From the NCBI RefSeq assembly GCF_044324875.1, contig NZ_CP172185.1: a stretch of 64,000 nucleotides of DNA; one strand, 5' to 3'. The DNA comes from Escherichia coli (GTDB taxonomy: Bacteria; Pseudomonadota; Gammaproteobacteria; Enterobacterales; Enterobacteriaceae). Below, piece after piece: positions 10,638 through 23,373 of the stretch; position 1 is the first letter of the stretch, and the number at the start of each line of letters is the position of its first letter. Both the position numbers and the translations under genes were made by a program. A model generated the notes under the pieces. It was given only the letters and a program-made list of their open reading frames with translations, was not told where the DNA came from and ran no database searches.

Positions 10638-11306
10638 ATGATTCGCTTTGAACATGTCAGCAAGGCTTATCTCGGTGGGAGACAGGCGCTGCAGGGCGTT
10701 ACGTTCCATATGCAGCCGGGTGAGATGGCGTTTCTGACCGGTCATTCCGGCGCAGGGAAAAGTACCCTCCTGAAGCTGATCTGTGGGATTGAGCGGCCCA
10801 GCGCCGGGAAAATCTGGTTTAGCGGCCATGACATCACGCGTCTGAAAAACCGTGAAGTTCCGTTTCTGCGCCGCCAGATTGGCATGATTTTCCAGGATCA
10901 CCATCTACTGATGGACCGTACTGTCTACGATAACGTGGCGATCCCGCTGATTATCGCTGGTGCCAGCGGTGACGATATTCGTCGCCGGGTGTCGGCGGCA
11001 CTGGATAAAGTCGGGCTACTGGACAAAGCGAAGAACTTCCCTATTCAGCTTTCGGGCGGTGAACAACAGCGTGTTGGCATTGCCCGCGCGGTGGTGAATA
11101 AGCCCGCGGTACTGCTGGCGGACGAACCGACTGGTAACCTGGACGACGCGTTGTCAGAAGGGATTTTACGTCTGTTTGAAGAGTTTAACCGCGTTGGGGT
11201 AACCGTATTGATGGCAACGCACGACATCAACCTGATTTCGCGGCGTTCCTATCGCATGCTCACCCTGAGCGATGGTCACTTGCATGGAGGCGTGGGCCAT
11301 GAATAA
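10638..11306 (+). CDS. ftsE: cell-division ABC ATPase FtsE
   Basis: Walker [10 protein letters not shown], signature LSGGEQQR, Walker [12 protein letters not shown]. Confidence 0.95.
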
Positions 11307-12357
11307 GCGCGATGCAATCAATCATATTCGGCAGTTTGGCGGGCGTCTGGATCGCTTCCGTAAATCGGTCGGCGGCTCTGGCGACGGCGGTCGTAACGCG
11401 CCGAAACGCGCGAAATCCTCGCCAAAACCGGTAAATCGCAAAACCAACGTTTTCAACGAACAGGTACGCTATGCCTTCCACGGCGCATTGCAGGATCTGA
11501 AAAGTAAACCGTTCGCCACGTTTTTAACGGTGATGGTTATCGCCATCTCCCTGACGCTGCCCAGCGTCTGTTATATGGTGTACAAAAACGTTAACCAGGC
11601 GGCGACGCAATATTATCCGTCACCGCAAATCACTGTTTACTTGCAAAAAACGCTGGACGATGACGCCGCTGCGGGTGTGGTGGCACAGTTGCAGGCCGAG
11701 CAAGGCGTGGAGAAAGTGAACTATCTTTCTCGTGAAGACGCACTGGGCGAGTTCCGTAACTGGTCTGGTTTTGGTGGTGCGCTGGATATGCTGGAAGAAA
11801 ACCCGCTTCCGGCAGTGGCGGTGGTGATCCCGAAACTCGATTTTCAGGGGACAGAATCACTGAATACGCTGCGTGATCGTATCACCCAGATCAACGGCAT
11901 TGACGAAGTGCGGATGGATGACAGCTGGTTTGCCCGTCTGGCGGCGTTAACCGGGCTGGTCGGGCGCGTTTCCGCGATGATCGGCGTGTTGATGGTGGCA
12001 GCAGTGTTTCTCGTCATCGGCAACAGTGTGCGTCTGAGCATCTTTGCTCGCCGTGACTCCATTAACGTGCAGAAACTGATTGGTGCGACGGATGGTTTCA
12101 TCCTGCGCCCGTTCCTGTACGGTGGCGCACTGCTGGGATTTTCTGGCGCATTGCTGTCATTAATTTTGTCAGAAATTCTGGTACTGCGTTTGTCATCGGC
12201 GGTTGCGGAAGTGGCACAGGTTTTCGGAACAAAGTTTGATATCAATGGCTTATCGTTCGATGAATGCCTGCTGTTGCTGCTGGTATGCTCGATGATTGGC
12301 TGGGTGGCAGCGTGGCTTGCCACGGTACAACATTTACGCCACTTTACGCCTGAATAA
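11299..12357 (+). CDS. ftsX: cell-division ABC permease-like protein FtsX
   Basis: Start chosen at [12 protein letters not shown] inside ORF 11272..12357; overlaps ftsE stop. Confidence 0.9.
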
Positions 12358-12481
12358 TAAAAGCGTGTTATACTCTTTCCCTGCAATGGGTTCCGTAGCA
12401 GGGAAAGAGACCCCGTTGTCTCTTCCCGGTATTTCATCTCTATGTCACATTTTGTGCGTAATTTATTCACAGCGTTGCATT

Positions 12482-12508
12482 GAACTTGTGGATAAAATCA
12501 CTGTCTGA
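12482..12508 (+). promoter_or_regulatory. sigma-E-type promoter in rpoH leader (GAACTT -35 / TCTGA -10)
   Basis: Sequence TTGAACTTGTGGATAAAATCACTGTCTGATAAAACAG matches the known rpoH P3 architecture from memory. Confidence 0.6.
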
Positions 12509-12601
12509 TAAAACAGTGAATGATAACCTCGTTGCTCTTAAGCTCTGGCACAGTTGTTGCTACCACTGAAGCGCCAGAAGATATCGATTGAGAGGATTTG
12601 A

Positions 12602-13456
12602 ATGACTGACAAAATGCAAAGTTTAGCTTTAGCCCCAGTTGGCAACCTGGATTCCTACATCCGGGCAGCTAACGCGTGGCCGATGTTGTCGGCTGACGAG
12701 GAGCGGGCGCTGGCTGAAAAGCTGCATTACCATGGCGATCTGGAAGCAGCTAAAACGCTGATCCTGTCTCACCTGCGGTTTGTTGTTCATATTGCTCGTA
12801 ATTATGCGGGCTATGGCCTGCCACAGGCGGATTTGATTCAGGAAGGTAACATCGGCCTGATGAAAGCAGTGCGCCGTTTTAACCCGGAAGTGGGTGTGCG
12901 CCTGGTCTCCTTCGCCGTCCACTGGATCAAAGCAGAGATCCACGAATACGTTCTGCGTAACTGGCGTATCGTCAAAGTTGCGACCACCAAAGCGCAGCGC
13001 AAACTGTTCTTCAACCTGCGTAAAACCAAGCAGCGTCTGGGCTGGTTTAACCAGGATGAAGTTGAAATGGTGGCCCGTGAACTGGGCGTAACCAGCAAAG
13101 ACGTACGTGAGATGGAGTCGCGTATGGCGGCACAGGACATGACCTTTGACCTGTCTTCCGACGACGATTCGGATAGCCAGCCGATGGCTCCGGTGCTCTA
13201 TCTGCAGGATAAATCATCTAACTTTGCTGACGGCATCGAAGATGATAACTGGGAAGAGCAGGCGGCAAACCGTCTGACCGACGCGATGCAAGGTCTGGAC
13301 GAGCGTAGCCAGGATATCATCCGCGCGCGCTGGCTGGACGAAGACAACAAGTCCACGTTGCAGGAGCTGGCTGACCGTTACGGTGTTTCCGCTGAGCGTG
13401 TGCGCCAGCTGGAAAAGAACGCGATGAAAAAACTTCGCGCTGCCATTGAAGCGTAA
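12602..13456 (+). CDS. rpoH: RNA polymerase sigma-32 (heat-shock sigma factor)
   Basis: 284 aa, sigma-70 family regions incl. RpoH box-like [17 protein letters not shown]. Confidence 0.95.
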   Translation: MTDKMQSLALAPVGNLDSYIRAANAWPMLSADEERALAEKLHYHGDLEAAKTLILSHLRFVVHIARNYAGYGLPQADLIQEGNIGLMKAVRRFNPEVGVRLVSFAVHWIKAEIHEYVLRNWRIVKVATTKAQRKLFFNLRKTKQRLGWFNQDEVEMVARELGVTSKDVREMESRMAAQDMTFDLSSDDDSDSQPMAPVLYLQDKSSNFADGIEDDNWEEQAANRLTDAMQGLDERSQDIIRARWLDEDNKSTLQELADRYGVSAERVRQLEKNAMKKLRAAIEA

Positions 13457-13476
13457 TTTCCGCTACTCAGCAGAGA

Positions 13477-13509
13477 ACCCTGGATGAGAATCCGGGGTTT
13501 TTGTTTTTT
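13477..13509 (+). terminator. rho-independent terminator after rpoH
   Basis: GC stem AACCCTGGATGAGAATCCGGGGTT followed by T-run. Confidence 0.6.
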
Positions 13510-13727
13510 GGACCTCTGCAATAATCAGTTTCCCCCTCCGGCAAAACGCCAATCCCCACGCAGATTGTTAATAAACTGTCAAAATAGCTATTCCAATATC
13601 ATAAAAATGGGGTATGTTTTAGCAGAGTATGCTGATAAAGCACGGGCAGTCATGCATAAAACGAAATAAAGTGCTGAATCACAACACCACAACACACGTA
13701 ATAACCAGAAGAATGGGGAACCTCAGG

Positions 13728-14831
13728 ATGAACATGAAGGGTAAAGCGTTACTGGCAGGATGTATCGCGCTGGCATTCAGCAATATGGCTCTGGCAGAAG
13801 ATATTAAAGTCGCGGTCGTGGGCGCAATGTCCGGTCCGGTGGCCCAGTACGGTGACCAGGAGTTTACTGGTGCTGAGCAGGCGGTTGCGGATATCAATGC
13901 TAAAGGTGGTATCAAAGGCAACAAACTGCAAATCGTGAAATATGACGATGCCTGTGACCCGAAACAGGCGGTTGCGGTGGCGAACAAAGTCGTTAACGAC
14001 GGCATTAAATATGTGATTGGTCACCTCTGTTCTTCATCAACGCAGCCAGCGTCAGACATCTATGAAGATGAAGGCATTTTAATGATCACCCCAGCGGCAA
14101 CCGCGCCAGAGCTGACCGCTCGTGGCTATCAGCTGATCCTGCGCACTACCGGCCTGGACTCCGACCAGGGGCCGACGGCGGCGAAATATATTCTTGATAA
14201 AGTGAAACCGCAGCGTATTGCTATCGTCCACGACAAACAGCAATACGGCGAAGGTCTGGCGCGTGCGGTGCAGGACGGCCTGAAGAAAGGCAATGCTAAC
14301 GTGGTGTTCTTTGATGGCATCACCGCCGGGGAAAAAGATTTCTCTACGCTGGTGGCGCGTCTGAAAAAAGAGAATATCGACTTCGTTTACTACGGCGGTT
14401 ATCACCCGGAAATGGGGCAAATCCTGCGTCAGGCACGCGCGGCGGGGCTGAAAACTCAGTTTATGGGGCCGGAAGGCGTGGCTAACGTCTCGCTGTCTAA
14501 CATTGCGGGCGAATCAGCGGAAGGGCTGCTGGTGACCAAGCCGAAGAACTACGATCAGGTTCCGGCGAACAAACCAATTGTTGACGCGATCAAAGCGAAG
14601 AAACAGGACCCAAGCGGCGCGTTCGTCTGGACCACCTACGCCGCGCTGCAATCTTTGCAGGCGGGTCTGAATCAGTCTGACGATCCGGCTGAAATCGCCA
14701 AATACCTGAAAGCGAACTCCGTGGATACGGTGATGGGGCCGCTGACCTGGGATGAGAAAGGCGATCTGAAAGGCTTTGAGTTCGGCGTATTTGACTGGCA
14801 CGCCAACGGCACGGCGACCGATGCGAAGTAA
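13728..14831 (+). CDS. livJ: Leu/Ile/Val-binding periplasmic protein LivJ
   Basis: Start at [16 protein letters not shown] signal peptide within ORF 13629..14831; paralogue of livK. Confidence 0.9.
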   Translation: MNMKGKALLAGCIALAFSNMALAEDIKVAVVGAMSGPVAQYGDQEFTGAEQAVADINAKGGIKGNKLQIVKYDDACDPKQAVAVANKVVNDGIKYVIGHLCSSSTQPASDIYEDEGILMITPAATAPELTARGYQLILRTTGLDSDQGPTAAKYILDKVKPQRIAIVHDKQQYGEGLARAVQDGLKKGNANVVFFDGITAGEKDFSTLVARLKKENIDFVYYGGYHPEMGQILRQARAAGLKTQFMGPEGVANVSLSNIAGESAEGLLVTKPKNYDQVPANKPIVDAIKAKKQDPSGAFVWTTYAALQSLQAGLNQSDDPAEIAKYLKANSVDTVMGPLTWDEKGDLKGFEFGVFDWHANGTATDAK

Positions 14832-14889
14832 TCATTAATCGGCAACTTGGAGTTGCCGCCAAATTGCTAATATCGAGTACGTTGCTTCA

Positions 14890-14989
14890 TGCCGGATGCG
14901 GCGTATACGCCTTATCCGGCCTACAAGATCCAAAGAAATCAGTAAATTGCAGCACACATTGTAGGCCTGATAAGCGTAGCGCATCAGGC
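14890..14989. repeat. pair of REP (repetitive extragenic palindrome) elements
   Basis: GCCGGATGCGGCGTATACGCCTTATCCGGCCTAC and inverted GTAGGCCTGATAAGCGTAGCGCATCAGGC. Confidence 0.85.
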
Positions 14990-15030
14990 AATTTCTCGTT
15001 GGTCGTCACTTTTGAAATCAAACTTGACGA

Positions 15031-15414
15031 TTAACGCTTCTCCCAGCCGCCCTGTTGTGCCGTAAATCCCAGAGCCTGCATAAACGCTGTCATCACACCG
15101 CGATCTTCCACGCCAGCATCCGCCATCCACCAGCCTAAAACGCCAGGATTGGTACGCAAAACCTCTTCCAGCAGATATTGCCCCACACCGCGACGGCGGG
15201 TGACTTCCCGCACACGTAGAGAATCCAGTGCCCCCTCGGTGCCGCTTAAGGTTACCCGCACGGCCGCTAGGAGGCGCTCGTTAAAACGCGCGGCGTAGAT
15301 ACGGTGGTTATCGTCAACCTGTAAAGAGGAAGGGGAATACTCCGGCCAGATCTTTTGCAGGTCAATCCGGTCCTGGTCGCTAAAGTTTTCTAATCGAATG
15401 ATGGTCAGCTTCAT
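15031..15414 (-). CDS. panM: PanD maturation factor PanM/PanZ (GNAT fold)
   Basis: 127-aa ORF, conserved between livJ and livK. Confidence 0.8.
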   Translation of the reverse strand: MKLTIIRLENFSDQDRIDLQKIWPEYSPSSLQVDDNHRIYAARFNERLLAAVRVTLSGTEGALDSLRVREVTRRRGVGQYLLEEVLRTNPGVLGWWMADAGVEDRGVMTAFMQALGFTAQQGGWEKR

Positions 15415-15837
15415 GGGTAACCCGTGTAAATCACAAAAGAGGAACCAGTGTAGCGAAATAATTTAATCGGAGGCTTTCTCTTTTTTATTTCTTTTGGCAG
15501 GTGATTAATTTTTTTTCAGCAATAATTACAAAGTTAAAACATTAGAGAATGAAAAATGTCCAGCATAATCCCCTGAATGGTAGTGAATTATTCTGCCCTT
15601 TGTTCCGTTATTTTATGCTGACAACGGTGCTTTTTTCTGTTTATCTATCAATTAATTCAGAATATTATCTGTTCTTAATCGACTGAAAAATAGGGATTTT
15701 AATCGCTATTATCACAAAATACTGCGCTAAACCCTTAATCAGACAGGTAAAAACAGCGCAGTATAAAAAAAGAACAGCCTGATTTGTTAACACATAAAAA
15801 CAAAGCAACACAACATTACGAGTGGGGATTTTTGACT

Positions 15838-16947
15838 ATGAAACGGAATGCGAAAACTATCATCGCAGGGATGATTGCACTGGCAATTTCACACACCGCT
15901 TTAGCCGACGATATTAAAGTTGCCGTTGTCGGCGCGATGTCCGGTCCGATTGCTCAGTGGGGCGATATGGAATTTAACGGCGCGCGTCAGGCCATTAAAG
16001 ACATTAATGCCAAAGGGGGAATTAAGGGCGATAAGCTGGTGGGCGTGGAATATGACGACGCCTGCGATCCGAAACAAGCCGTTGCGGTCGCCAACAAAAT
16101 CGTTAACGACGGCATTAAATACGTCATCGGCCATCTGTGTTCCTCCTCTACCCAGCCTGCTTCAGATATCTACGAAGACGAAGGTATTCTGATGATCTCG
16201 CCGGGAGCGACCAACCCGGAGCTGACCCAACGCGGTTATCAACACATCATGCGCACTGCCGGGCTGGACTCTTCCCAGGGGCCAACGGCGGCAAAATACA
16301 TTCTTGAGACGGTGAAGCCCCAGCGCATCGCGATCATTCACGACAAACAACAGTATGGTGAAGGGCTGGCGCGTTCGGTGCAGGACGGATTGAAAGCAGC
16401 CAATGCCAACGTCGTTTTCTTCGACGGTATTACCGCCGGGGAGAAAGATTTCTCCGCGCTGATCGCCCGCCTGAAAAAAGAAAACATCGACTTCGTTTAC
16501 TACGGCGGTTACTACCCGGAAATGGGGCAGATGCTGCGCCAGGCCCGTTCCGTTGGCCTGAAAACTCAGTTTATGGGGCCGGAAGGTGTGGGTAATGCGT
16601 CGTTGTCGAATATTGCTGGCGATGCTGCCGAAGGCATGTTGGTCACTATGCCAAAACGCTATGACCAGGATCCGGCAAACCAGGGCATTGTTGATGCGTT
16701 GAAAGCAGACAAGAAAGATCCGTCCGGGCCTTATGTCTGGATCACTTACGCGGCGGTGCAATCTCTGGCGACTGCCCTTGAGCGTACCGGCAGCGATGAG
16801 CCGCTGGCACTGGTGAAAGATTTAAAAGCTAACGGTGCGAACACCGTGATTGGGCCGCTGAACTGGGATGAAAAAGGCGATCTTAAGGGATTTGATTTTG
16901 GTGTCTTCCAGTGGCACGCCGACGGTTCATCCACGGCAGCCAAGTGA
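15838..16947 (+). CDS. livK: leucine-specific binding protein LivK
   Basis: Start at [11 protein letters not shown] signal peptide; ~80% identical to LivJ by eye. Confidence 0.9.
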   Translation: MKRNAKTIIAGMIALAISHTALADDIKVAVVGAMSGPIAQWGDMEFNGARQAIKDINAKGGIKGDKLVGVEYDDACDPKQAVAVANKIVNDGIKYVIGHLCSSSTQPASDIYEDEGILMISPGATNPELTQRGYQHIMRTAGLDSSQGPTAAKYILETVKPQRIAIIHDKQQYGEGLARSVQDGLKAANANVVFFDGITAGEKDFSALIARLKKENIDFVYYGGYYPEMGQMLRQARSVGLKTQFMGPEGVGNASLSNIAGDAAEGMLVTMPKRYDQDPANQGIVDALKADKKDPSGPYVWITYAAVQSLATALERTGSDEPLALVKDLKANGANTVIGPLNWDEKGDLKGFDFGVFQWHADGSSTAAK

Positions 16948-16994
16948 TCATCCCACCGCCCGTGAAAAACGGGCGGGTTTAGAAAGGTTACCTT

Positions 16995-17921
16995 ATGTCT
17001 GAGCAGTTTTTGTATTTCTTGCAGCAGATGTTTAACGGCGTCACGCTGGGCAGTACCTACGCGCTGATAGCCATCGGCTACACCATGGTTTACGGCATTA
17101 TCGGCATGATCAACTTCGCCCACGGCGAGGTTTATATGATTGGTAGCTATGTCTCCTTTATGATCATCGCCGCACTGATGATGCTGGGCATTGATACCGG
17201 CTGGCTACTGGTGGCGTCGGGATTCGTCGGCGCAATCGTCATTGCCAGCGCCTACGGCTGGAGTATCGAACGGGTGGCCTATCGCCCGGTGCGTAACTCT
17301 AAGCGCCTGATTGCGCTCATTTCCGCAATCGGCATGTCCATCTTCCTGCAAAACTATGTCAGTCTGACCGAAGGTTCGCGCGACGTGGCGCTGCCCAGTC
17401 TGTTTAACGGTCAGTGGGTGGTGGGCCATAGCGAAAACTTCTCTGCCTCTATTACCACCATGCAGGCGGTGATATGGATTGTTACTTTCCTCGCCATGCT
17501 GGCGCTGACGATTTTCATTCGCTATTCCCGTATGGGGCGCGCCTGCCGTGCCTGCGCGGAAGATCTGAAAATGGCGAGCCTGCTTGGCATCAACACCGAT
17601 CGGGTGATTGCGCTGACCTTTGTGATTGGCGCGGCGATGGCGGCGGTGGCGGGTGTGCTACTCGGTCAGTTCTACGGCGTCATTAACCCCTACATCGGCT
17701 TTATGGCCGGGATGAAAGCCTTTACCGCTGCGGTGCTCGGTGGGATTGGCAGCATTCCGGGAGCGATGATTGGCGGGCTGATCCTGGGGATTGCGGAGGC
17801 GCTCTCTTCTGCCTATCTGAGTACGGAATATAAAGATGTGGTCTCATTCGCCCTGCTGATTCTTGTGTTGCTGGTGATGCCGACCGGTATTCTGGGTCGC
17901 CCGGAGGTAGAGAAAGTATGA
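16995..17921 (+). CDS. livH: branched-chain amino acid ABC permease LivH
   Basis: 308-aa hydrophobic ORF, operon position. Confidence 0.9.
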   Translation: MSEQFLYFLQQMFNGVTLGSTYALIAIGYTMVYGIIGMINFAHGEVYMIGSYVSFMIIAALMMLGIDTGWLLVASGFVGAIVIASAYGWSIERVAYRPVRNSKRLIALISAIGMSIFLQNYVSLTEGSRDVALPSLFNGQWVVGHSENFSASITTMQAVIWIVTFLAMLALTIFIRYSRMGRACRACAEDLKMASLLGINTDRVIALTFVIGAAMAAVAGVLLGQFYGVINPYIGFMAGMKAFTAAVLGGIGSIPGAMIGGLILGIAEALSSAYLSTEYKDVVSFALLILVLLVMPTGILGRPEVEKV

Positions 17922-19195
17922 AACCGATGCATATTGCAATGGCGTTGCTCTCTGCCGCGATGTTCTTTGTCCTCGCTGGCGTCTTTATGGGCGTGCAACT
18001 GGAGCTGGATGGCACCAAACTGGTGGTCGACACGGCTTCAGACATCCGTTGGCAGTGGGTGTTTATCGGCACGGCGGTGGTCTTTTTCTTCCAGCTTTTG
18101 CGACCGGCTTTCCAGAAAGGGCTGAAAAGCGTTTCCGGACCGAAGTTTATTCTGCCCGCGATTGATGGCTCCACGGTGAAACAGAAACTGTTCCTCGTGG
18201 CGCTGTTGGTGCTTGCGGTGGCGTGGCCGTTTATGGTTTCACGCGGGACGGTGGATATTGCCACCCTGACCATGATCTACATTATCCTTGGCCTCGGGCT
18301 GAACGTGGTGGTAGGTCTTTCTGGTCTGCTGGTGCTGGGGTACGGCGGCTTTTACGCCATCGGCGCTTACACTTTTGCGCTGCTCAATCACTATTACGGT
18401 CTGGGCTTCTGGACCTGTCTGCCGATTGCCGGGTTAATGGCGGCGGCGGCGGGCTTCCTGCTCGGCTTTCCGGTGCTGCGTCTGCGCGGTGACTATCTGG
18501 CGATCGTTACCCTCGGTTTCGGCGAAATTGTGCGCATATTGCTGCTCAATAACACTGAAATCACTGGTGGCCCGAACGGAATTAGTCAGATCCCGAAACC
18601 GACTTTCTTCGGCCTCGAGTTCAGCCGTACCGCCCGCGAAGGCGGCTGGGACACGTTCAGTAATTTCTTTGGCCTGAAATACGATCCCTCCGATCGCGTT
18701 ATCTTCCTGTACCTGGTGGCGTTGCTGCTGGTGGTATTAAGCCTGTTTGTCATTAACCGCCTGCTGCGGATGCCGCTGGGCCGTGCGTGGGAAGCGTTGC
18801 GTGAAGACGAGATCGCCTGCCGTTCGCTGGGCTTAAGCCCGCGTCGTATCAAGCTGACTGCCTTTACCATTAGCGCTGCGTTTGCCGGTTTTGCCGGAAC
18901 GCTGTTTGCTGCGCGTCAGGGCTTTGTCAGCCCGGAATCCTTCACCTTTGCCGAATCGGCGTTTGTGCTGGCGATAGTGGTGCTTGGCGGTATGGGCTCG
19001 CAATTTGCGGTAATTCTGGCGGCAATTTTGCTGGTGGTGTCGCGCGAATTGATGCGTGATTTCAACGAATACAGCATGTTAATGCTCGGTGGTTTGATGG
19101 TGCTGATGATGATCTGGCGTCCGCAGGGCTTGCTGCCCATGACGCGCCCGCAACTGAAGCTGAAAAACGGCGCAGCGAAAGGAGAGCAGGCATGA
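17918..19195 (+). CDS. livM: branched-chain amino acid ABC permease LivM
   Basis: 425-aa hydrophobic ORF, start overlaps livH stop. Confidence 0.9.
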   Translation: MKPMHIAMALLSAAMFFVLAGVFMGVQLELDGTKLVVDTASDIRWQWVFIGTAVVFFFQLLRPAFQKGLKSVSGPKFILPAIDGSTVKQKLFLVALLVLAVAWPFMVSRGTVDIATLTMIYIILGLGLNVVVGLSGLLVLGYGGFYAIGAYTFALLNHYYGLGFWTCLPIAGLMAAAAGFLLGFPVLRLRGDYLAIVTLGFGEIVRILLLNNTEITGGPNGISQIPKPTFFGLEFSRTAREGGWDTFSNFFGLKYDPSDRVIFLYLVALLLVVLSLFVINRLLRMPLGRAWEALREDEIACRSLGLSPRRIKLTAFTISAAFAGFAGTLFAARQGFVSPESFTFAESAFVLAIVVLGGMGSQFAVILAAILLVVSRELMRDFNEYSMLMLGGLMVLMMIWRPQGLLPMTRPQLKLKNGAAKGEQA

Positions 19196-19959
19196 GTCAG
19201 CCATTATTATCCGTTAACGGCCTGATGATGCGCTTCGGCGGCCTGCTGGCGGTGAACAACGTCAATCTTGAACTGTACCCGCAGGAGATCGTCTCGTTAA
19301 TCGGACCTAACGGTGCCGGAAAAACCACGGTCTTCAACTGCCTGACTGGATTCTATAAACCCACCGGCGGCACTATTTTACTGCGCGATCAGCATCTGGA
19401 AGGTTTACCGGGGCAGCAAATTGCCCGCATGGGCGTGGTGCGTACCTTCCAGCATGTGCGTCTGTTCCGTGAAATGACGGTAATTGAAAACCTGCTGGTG
19501 GCACAGCATCAGCAACTGAAAACCGGGCTGTTCTCCGGCCTGTTGAAAACGCCTTCTTTCCGTCGCGCCCAGAGCGAAGCGCTCGACCGCGCCGCTACCT
19601 GGCTTGAGCGCATTGGTTTGCTGGAACATGCCAACCGTCAGGCGAGTAACCTGGCCTATGGTGACCAGCGTCGTCTGGAGATTGCCCGCTGCATGGTGAC
19701 GCAGCCGGAGATTTTAATGCTCGACGAACCTGCGGCAGGTCTTAACCCGAAAGAGACGAAAGAGCTGGATGAGCTGATTGCCGAACTGCGCAATCATCAC
19801 AACACCACTATCTTGTTAATTGAACACGATATGAAGCTGGTGATGGGAATTTCGGACCGAATTTACGTGGTCAATCAGGGGACGCCACTGGCAAACGGTA
19901 CGCCGGAGCAAATCCGTAATAACCCGGACGTGATCCGTGCCTATTTAGGTGAGGCATAA
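19192..19959 (+). CDS. livG: branched-chain amino acid ABC ATPase LivG
   Basis: Walker [10 protein letters not shown], Walker [11 protein letters not shown]. Confidence 0.9.
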   Translation: MSQPLLSVNGLMMRFGGLLAVNNVNLELYPQEIVSLIGPNGAGKTTVFNCLTGFYKPTGGTILLRDQHLEGLPGQQIARMGVVRTFQHVRLFREMTVIENLLVAQHQQLKTGLFSGLLKTPSFRRAQSEALDRAATWLERIGLLEHANRQASNLAYGDQRRLEIARCMVTQPEILMLDEPAAGLNPKETKELDELIAELRNHHNTTILLIEHDMKLVMGISDRIYVVNQGTPLANGTPEQIRNNPDVIRAYLGEA

Positions 19960-19960
19960 G

Positions 19961-20674
19961 ATGGAAAAAGTCATGTTGTCCTTTGACAAAGTCAGCGCCC
20001 ACTACGGCAAAATCCAGGCGCTGCATGAGGTGAGCCTGCATATCAATCAGGGCGAGATTGTCACCCTTATTGGCGCGAACGGGGCGGGGAAAACCACCTT
20101 GCTCGGCACATTATGCGGCGACCCGCGCGCCACCAGCGGGCGAATTGTGTTTGATGATAAAGACATTACCGACTGGCAGACGGCGAAAATCATGCGCGAA
20201 GCGGTGGCGATTGTCCCGGAAGGGCGTCGTGTTTTCTCGCGGATGACGGTGGAAGAGAACCTGGCGATGGGCGGTTTTTTTGCTGAACGTGACCAGTTCC
20301 AGGAACGCATAAAGTGGGTGTATGAACTGTTTCCGCGTCTCCATGAACGCCGTGTTCAGCGGGCGGGCACCATGTCCGGCGGTGAGCAGCAGATGCTGGC
20401 GATTGGTCGCGCGCTGATGAGCAACCCGCGTTTATTGTTGCTTGATGAGCCATCGCTCGGTCTTGCGCCGATTATCATCCAGCAAATTTTCGACACCATC
20501 GAGCAGCTGCGTGAGCAGGGGATGACCATCTTCCTCGTCGAGCAGAACGCCAACCAGGCGCTAAAGCTGGCGGATCGCGGCTACGTGCTGGAAAACGGTC
20601 ATGTAGTGCTCTCCGATACCGGCGACGCGCTGCTGGCGAATGAAGCGGTGAGAAGTGCGTATTTAGGCGGGTAA
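19961..20674 (+). CDS. livF: branched-chain amino acid ABC ATPase LivF
   Basis: Walker A GANGAGKTT, LSGGEQQM; start at MEKVMLSF. Confidence 0.9.
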   Translation: MEKVMLSFDKVSAHYGKIQALHEVSLHINQGEIVTLIGANGAGKTTLLGTLCGDPRATSGRIVFDDKDITDWQTAKIMREAVAIVPEGRRVFSRMTVEENLAMGGFFAERDQFQERIKWVYELFPRLHERRVQRAGTMSGGEQQMLAIGRALMSNPRLLLLDEPSLGLAPIIIQQIFDTIEQLREQGMTIFLVEQNANQALKLADRGYVLENGHVVLSDTGDALLANEAVRSAYLGG

Positions 20675-20735
20675 TAACACGTTGATTGATAAGGAGTCAA
20701 AAGACTCCTTTGAGACAGGTTACAAATGTAAAATT

Positions 20736-20835
<100 letters not shown>

Positions 20836-20934
20836 TGAAACGATGAGCAATCTGTAGAGTTTGATTCAGACCTTCTATTTTTCCCGCTTATCCGTGCCCC
20901 ATCTCCCATTTTCCCTCACCCGTACCGTCACCGC

Positions 20935-20990
20935 CTTGTCATCTTTCTGACACCTTACTATCTTACAAATGTAACAAAAAAGTTATTTTT
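20935..20990 (+). promoter_or_regulatory. Pho-box-like region of ugpB promoter
   Basis: CTTGTCATCTTTCTGACACC-type direct repeats ~80-130 bp upstream of ugpB start; matches recalled PhoB-regulated ugp promoter. Confidence 0.45.
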
Positions 20991-21071
20991 CTGTAATTCG
21001 AGCATGTCATGTTACCCCGCGAGCATAAAACGCGTGAATTCGCGCATTCGGTACAACAAGAGAGATAAACG

Positions 21072-22388
21072 ATGAAACCGTTACATTATACAGCTTCAGC
21101 ACTGGCGCTCGGACTGGCGTTAATGGGGAATGCACAGGCAGTGACGACCATTCCGTTCTGGCATTCTATGGAAGGGGAACTGGGTAAAGAGGTGGATTCT
21201 CTGGCCCAACGTTTTAACGCCGAAAACCCGGATTACAAAATTGTACCGACCTATAAAGGCAACTACGAACAGAATTTAAGCGCGGGGATTGCCGCATTTC
21301 GTACCGGCAACGCGCCTGCTATTTTGCAGGTTTATGAAGTTGGCACCGCCACCATGATGGCGTCGAAAGCCATTAAACCAGTATATGACGTGTTTAAAGA
21401 GGCGGGGATTCAGTTCGATGAGTCGCAGTTTGTGCCGACGGTTTCAGGTTACTACTCCGACAGCAAAACCGGCCACTTACTCTCCCAGCCGTTCAACAGC
21501 TCGACTCCCGTTCTCTATTACAACAAAGACGCCTTCAAGAAAGCCGGTTTAGACCCGGAACAGCCGCCGAAAACCTGGCAGGATCTGGCGGACTATGCCG
21601 CGAAACTGAAAGCCTCCGGTATGAAGTGCGGCTACGCCAGCGGCTGGCAGGGCTGGATCCAACTGGAAAACTTTAGCGCCTGGAACGGTCTGCCGTTTGC
21701 CAGCAAAAACAACGGCTTTGACGGCACAGACGCGGTGCTGGAGTTCAACAAGCCGGAGCAGGTGAAACACATCACTATGCTCGAAGAGATGAACAAGAAG
21801 GGCGATTTCAGCTACGTCGGGCGTAAGGATGAATCCACTGAGAAGTTCTATAACGGTGATTGCGCGATGACCACTGCCTCTTCCGGTTCTCTTGCCAACA
21901 TTCGCGAGTACGCCAAATTTAACTACGGCGTAGGCATGATGCCTTACGACGCCGATGCGAAAGATGCACCGCAAAATGCCATTATCGGTGGAGCCAGCCT
22001 GTGGGTAATGCAGGGTAAAGATAAAGAAACTTATACGGGTGTGGCGAAGTTCCTCGACTTCCTCGCGAAGCCAGAAAACGCTGCCGAGTGGCATCAGAAA
22101 ACTGGTTATCTGCCAATCACCAAAGCGGCGTATGACCTGACCCGTGAGCAGGGCTTTTATGAGAAAAACCCAGGGGCGGATACCGCGACGCGTCAGATGC
22201 TGAACAAGCCGCCGTTGCCGTTCACCAAAGGGTTGCGTCTGGGCAATATGCCGCAGATCCGCGTGATTGTGGATGAAGAGCTGGAGAGCGTGTGGACCGG
22301 TAAGAAGACGCCACAGCAGGCGCTGGATACTGCCGTTGAGCGTGGAAATCAGTTGCTGCGCCGTTTTGAGAAATCGACGAAGTCTTAA
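21072..22388 (+). CDS. ugpB: sn-glycerol-3-phosphate periplasmic binding protein UgpB
   Basis: 438 aa with signal peptide, operon position. Confidence 0.9.
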   Translation: MKPLHYTASALALGLALMGNAQAVTTIPFWHSMEGELGKEVDSLAQRFNAENPDYKIVPTYKGNYEQNLSAGIAAFRTGNAPAILQVYEVGTATMMASKAIKPVYDVFKEAGIQFDESQFVPTVSGYYSDSKTGHLLSQPFNSSTPVLYYNKDAFKKAGLDPEQPPKTWQDLADYAAKLKASGMKCGYASGWQGWIQLENFSAWNGLPFASKNNGFDGTDAVLEFNKPEQVKHITMLEEMNKKGDFSYVGRKDESTEKFYNGDCAMTTASSGSLANIREYAKFNYGVGMMPYDADAKDAPQNAIIGGASLWVMQGKDKETYTGVAKFLDFLAKPENAAEWHQKTGYLPITKAAYDLTREQGFYEKNPGADTATRQMLNKPPLPFTKGLRLGNMPQIRVIVDEELESVWTGKKTPQQALDTAVERGNQLLRRFEKSTKS

Positions 22389-22400
22389 TCAGTGTAATGT

Positions 22401-22463
22401 CGGATGCGTTTCGCTTATCTGACCTGGCATCGCGTGTAGGCCGGATAAGCGAAGCGCATCCGG
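22401..22463. repeat. REP element(s) between ugpB and ugpA
   Basis: GTAGGCCGGATAAGCGAAGCGCATCCGGC plus degenerate partner. Confidence 0.8.
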
Positions 22464-22485
22464 CACAGTTCAGGAATTAACCGTA

Positions 22486-23373
22486 ATGTCATCATCCCGT
22501 CCGGTGTTCCGCTCGCGCTGGCTGCCTTATTTGCTGGTCGCGCCGCAGCTCATCATCACCGTTATCTTTTTTATCTGGCCTGCGGGCGAAGCGTTGTGGT
22601 ACTCGCTACAAAGCGTCGATCCGTTTGGTTTCTCCAGCCAGTTTGTCGGCCTGGATAACTTCGTCACGTTGTTTCATGACAGCTACTATCTCGACTCCTT
22701 CTGGACGACGATAAAATTCAGCACCTTTGTCACCGTCAGCGGTTTGCTGGTATCGCTGTTCTTCGCAGCGCTGGTGGAGTACATCGTGCGCGGCAGCCGT
22801 TTATATCAAACCTTAATGCTGCTGCCGTATGCCGTGGCTCCCGCCGTTGCCGCCGTATTATGGATCTTCCTGTTTAACCCCGGTCGCGGGCTGATCAACC
22901 ATTTTCTCGCTGAGTTCGGCTACGACTGGAACCACGCGCAAAACAGCGGTCAGGCGATGTTTCTGGTGGTGTTTGCCTCGGTGTGGAAGCAAATTAGCTA
23001 CAACTTCCTGTTCTTCTATGCCGCGCTGCAATCCATACCCCGTTCGTTGATCGAAGCCGCAGCCATCGACGGTGCAGGCCCGATTCGCCGCTTCTTTAAG
23101 ATTGCGCTGCCGCTTATCGCTCCGGTGAGTTTCTTCCTGCTGGTGGTGAACCTGGTATACGCCTTCTTCGACACCTTCCCGGTGATCGACGCCGCCACGT
23201 CCGGCGGGCCGGTTCAGGCCACCACGACGCTGATTTATAAGATTTACCGCGAAGGCTTTACCGGACTGGATCTGGCTTCGTCTGCCGCGCAGTCGGTGGT
23301 GTTGATGTTCCTCGTCATCGTGCTGACGGTGGTGCAGTTCCGCTATGTTGAAAGCAAGGTGCGTTACCAATGA
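22486..23373 (+). CDS. ugpA: G3P ABC permease UgpA
   Basis: 295-aa membrane protein. Confidence 0.9.

Noticed and set aside
13629-13727. Upstream extensions of livJ, livK, asd, ugpC, glpD, yhhY and dcrB in the six-frame track
   Set aside because: The ORF track opens at the first in-frame start after a stop; the signal peptides and recalled N-termini indicate the downstream starts used in the feature list.
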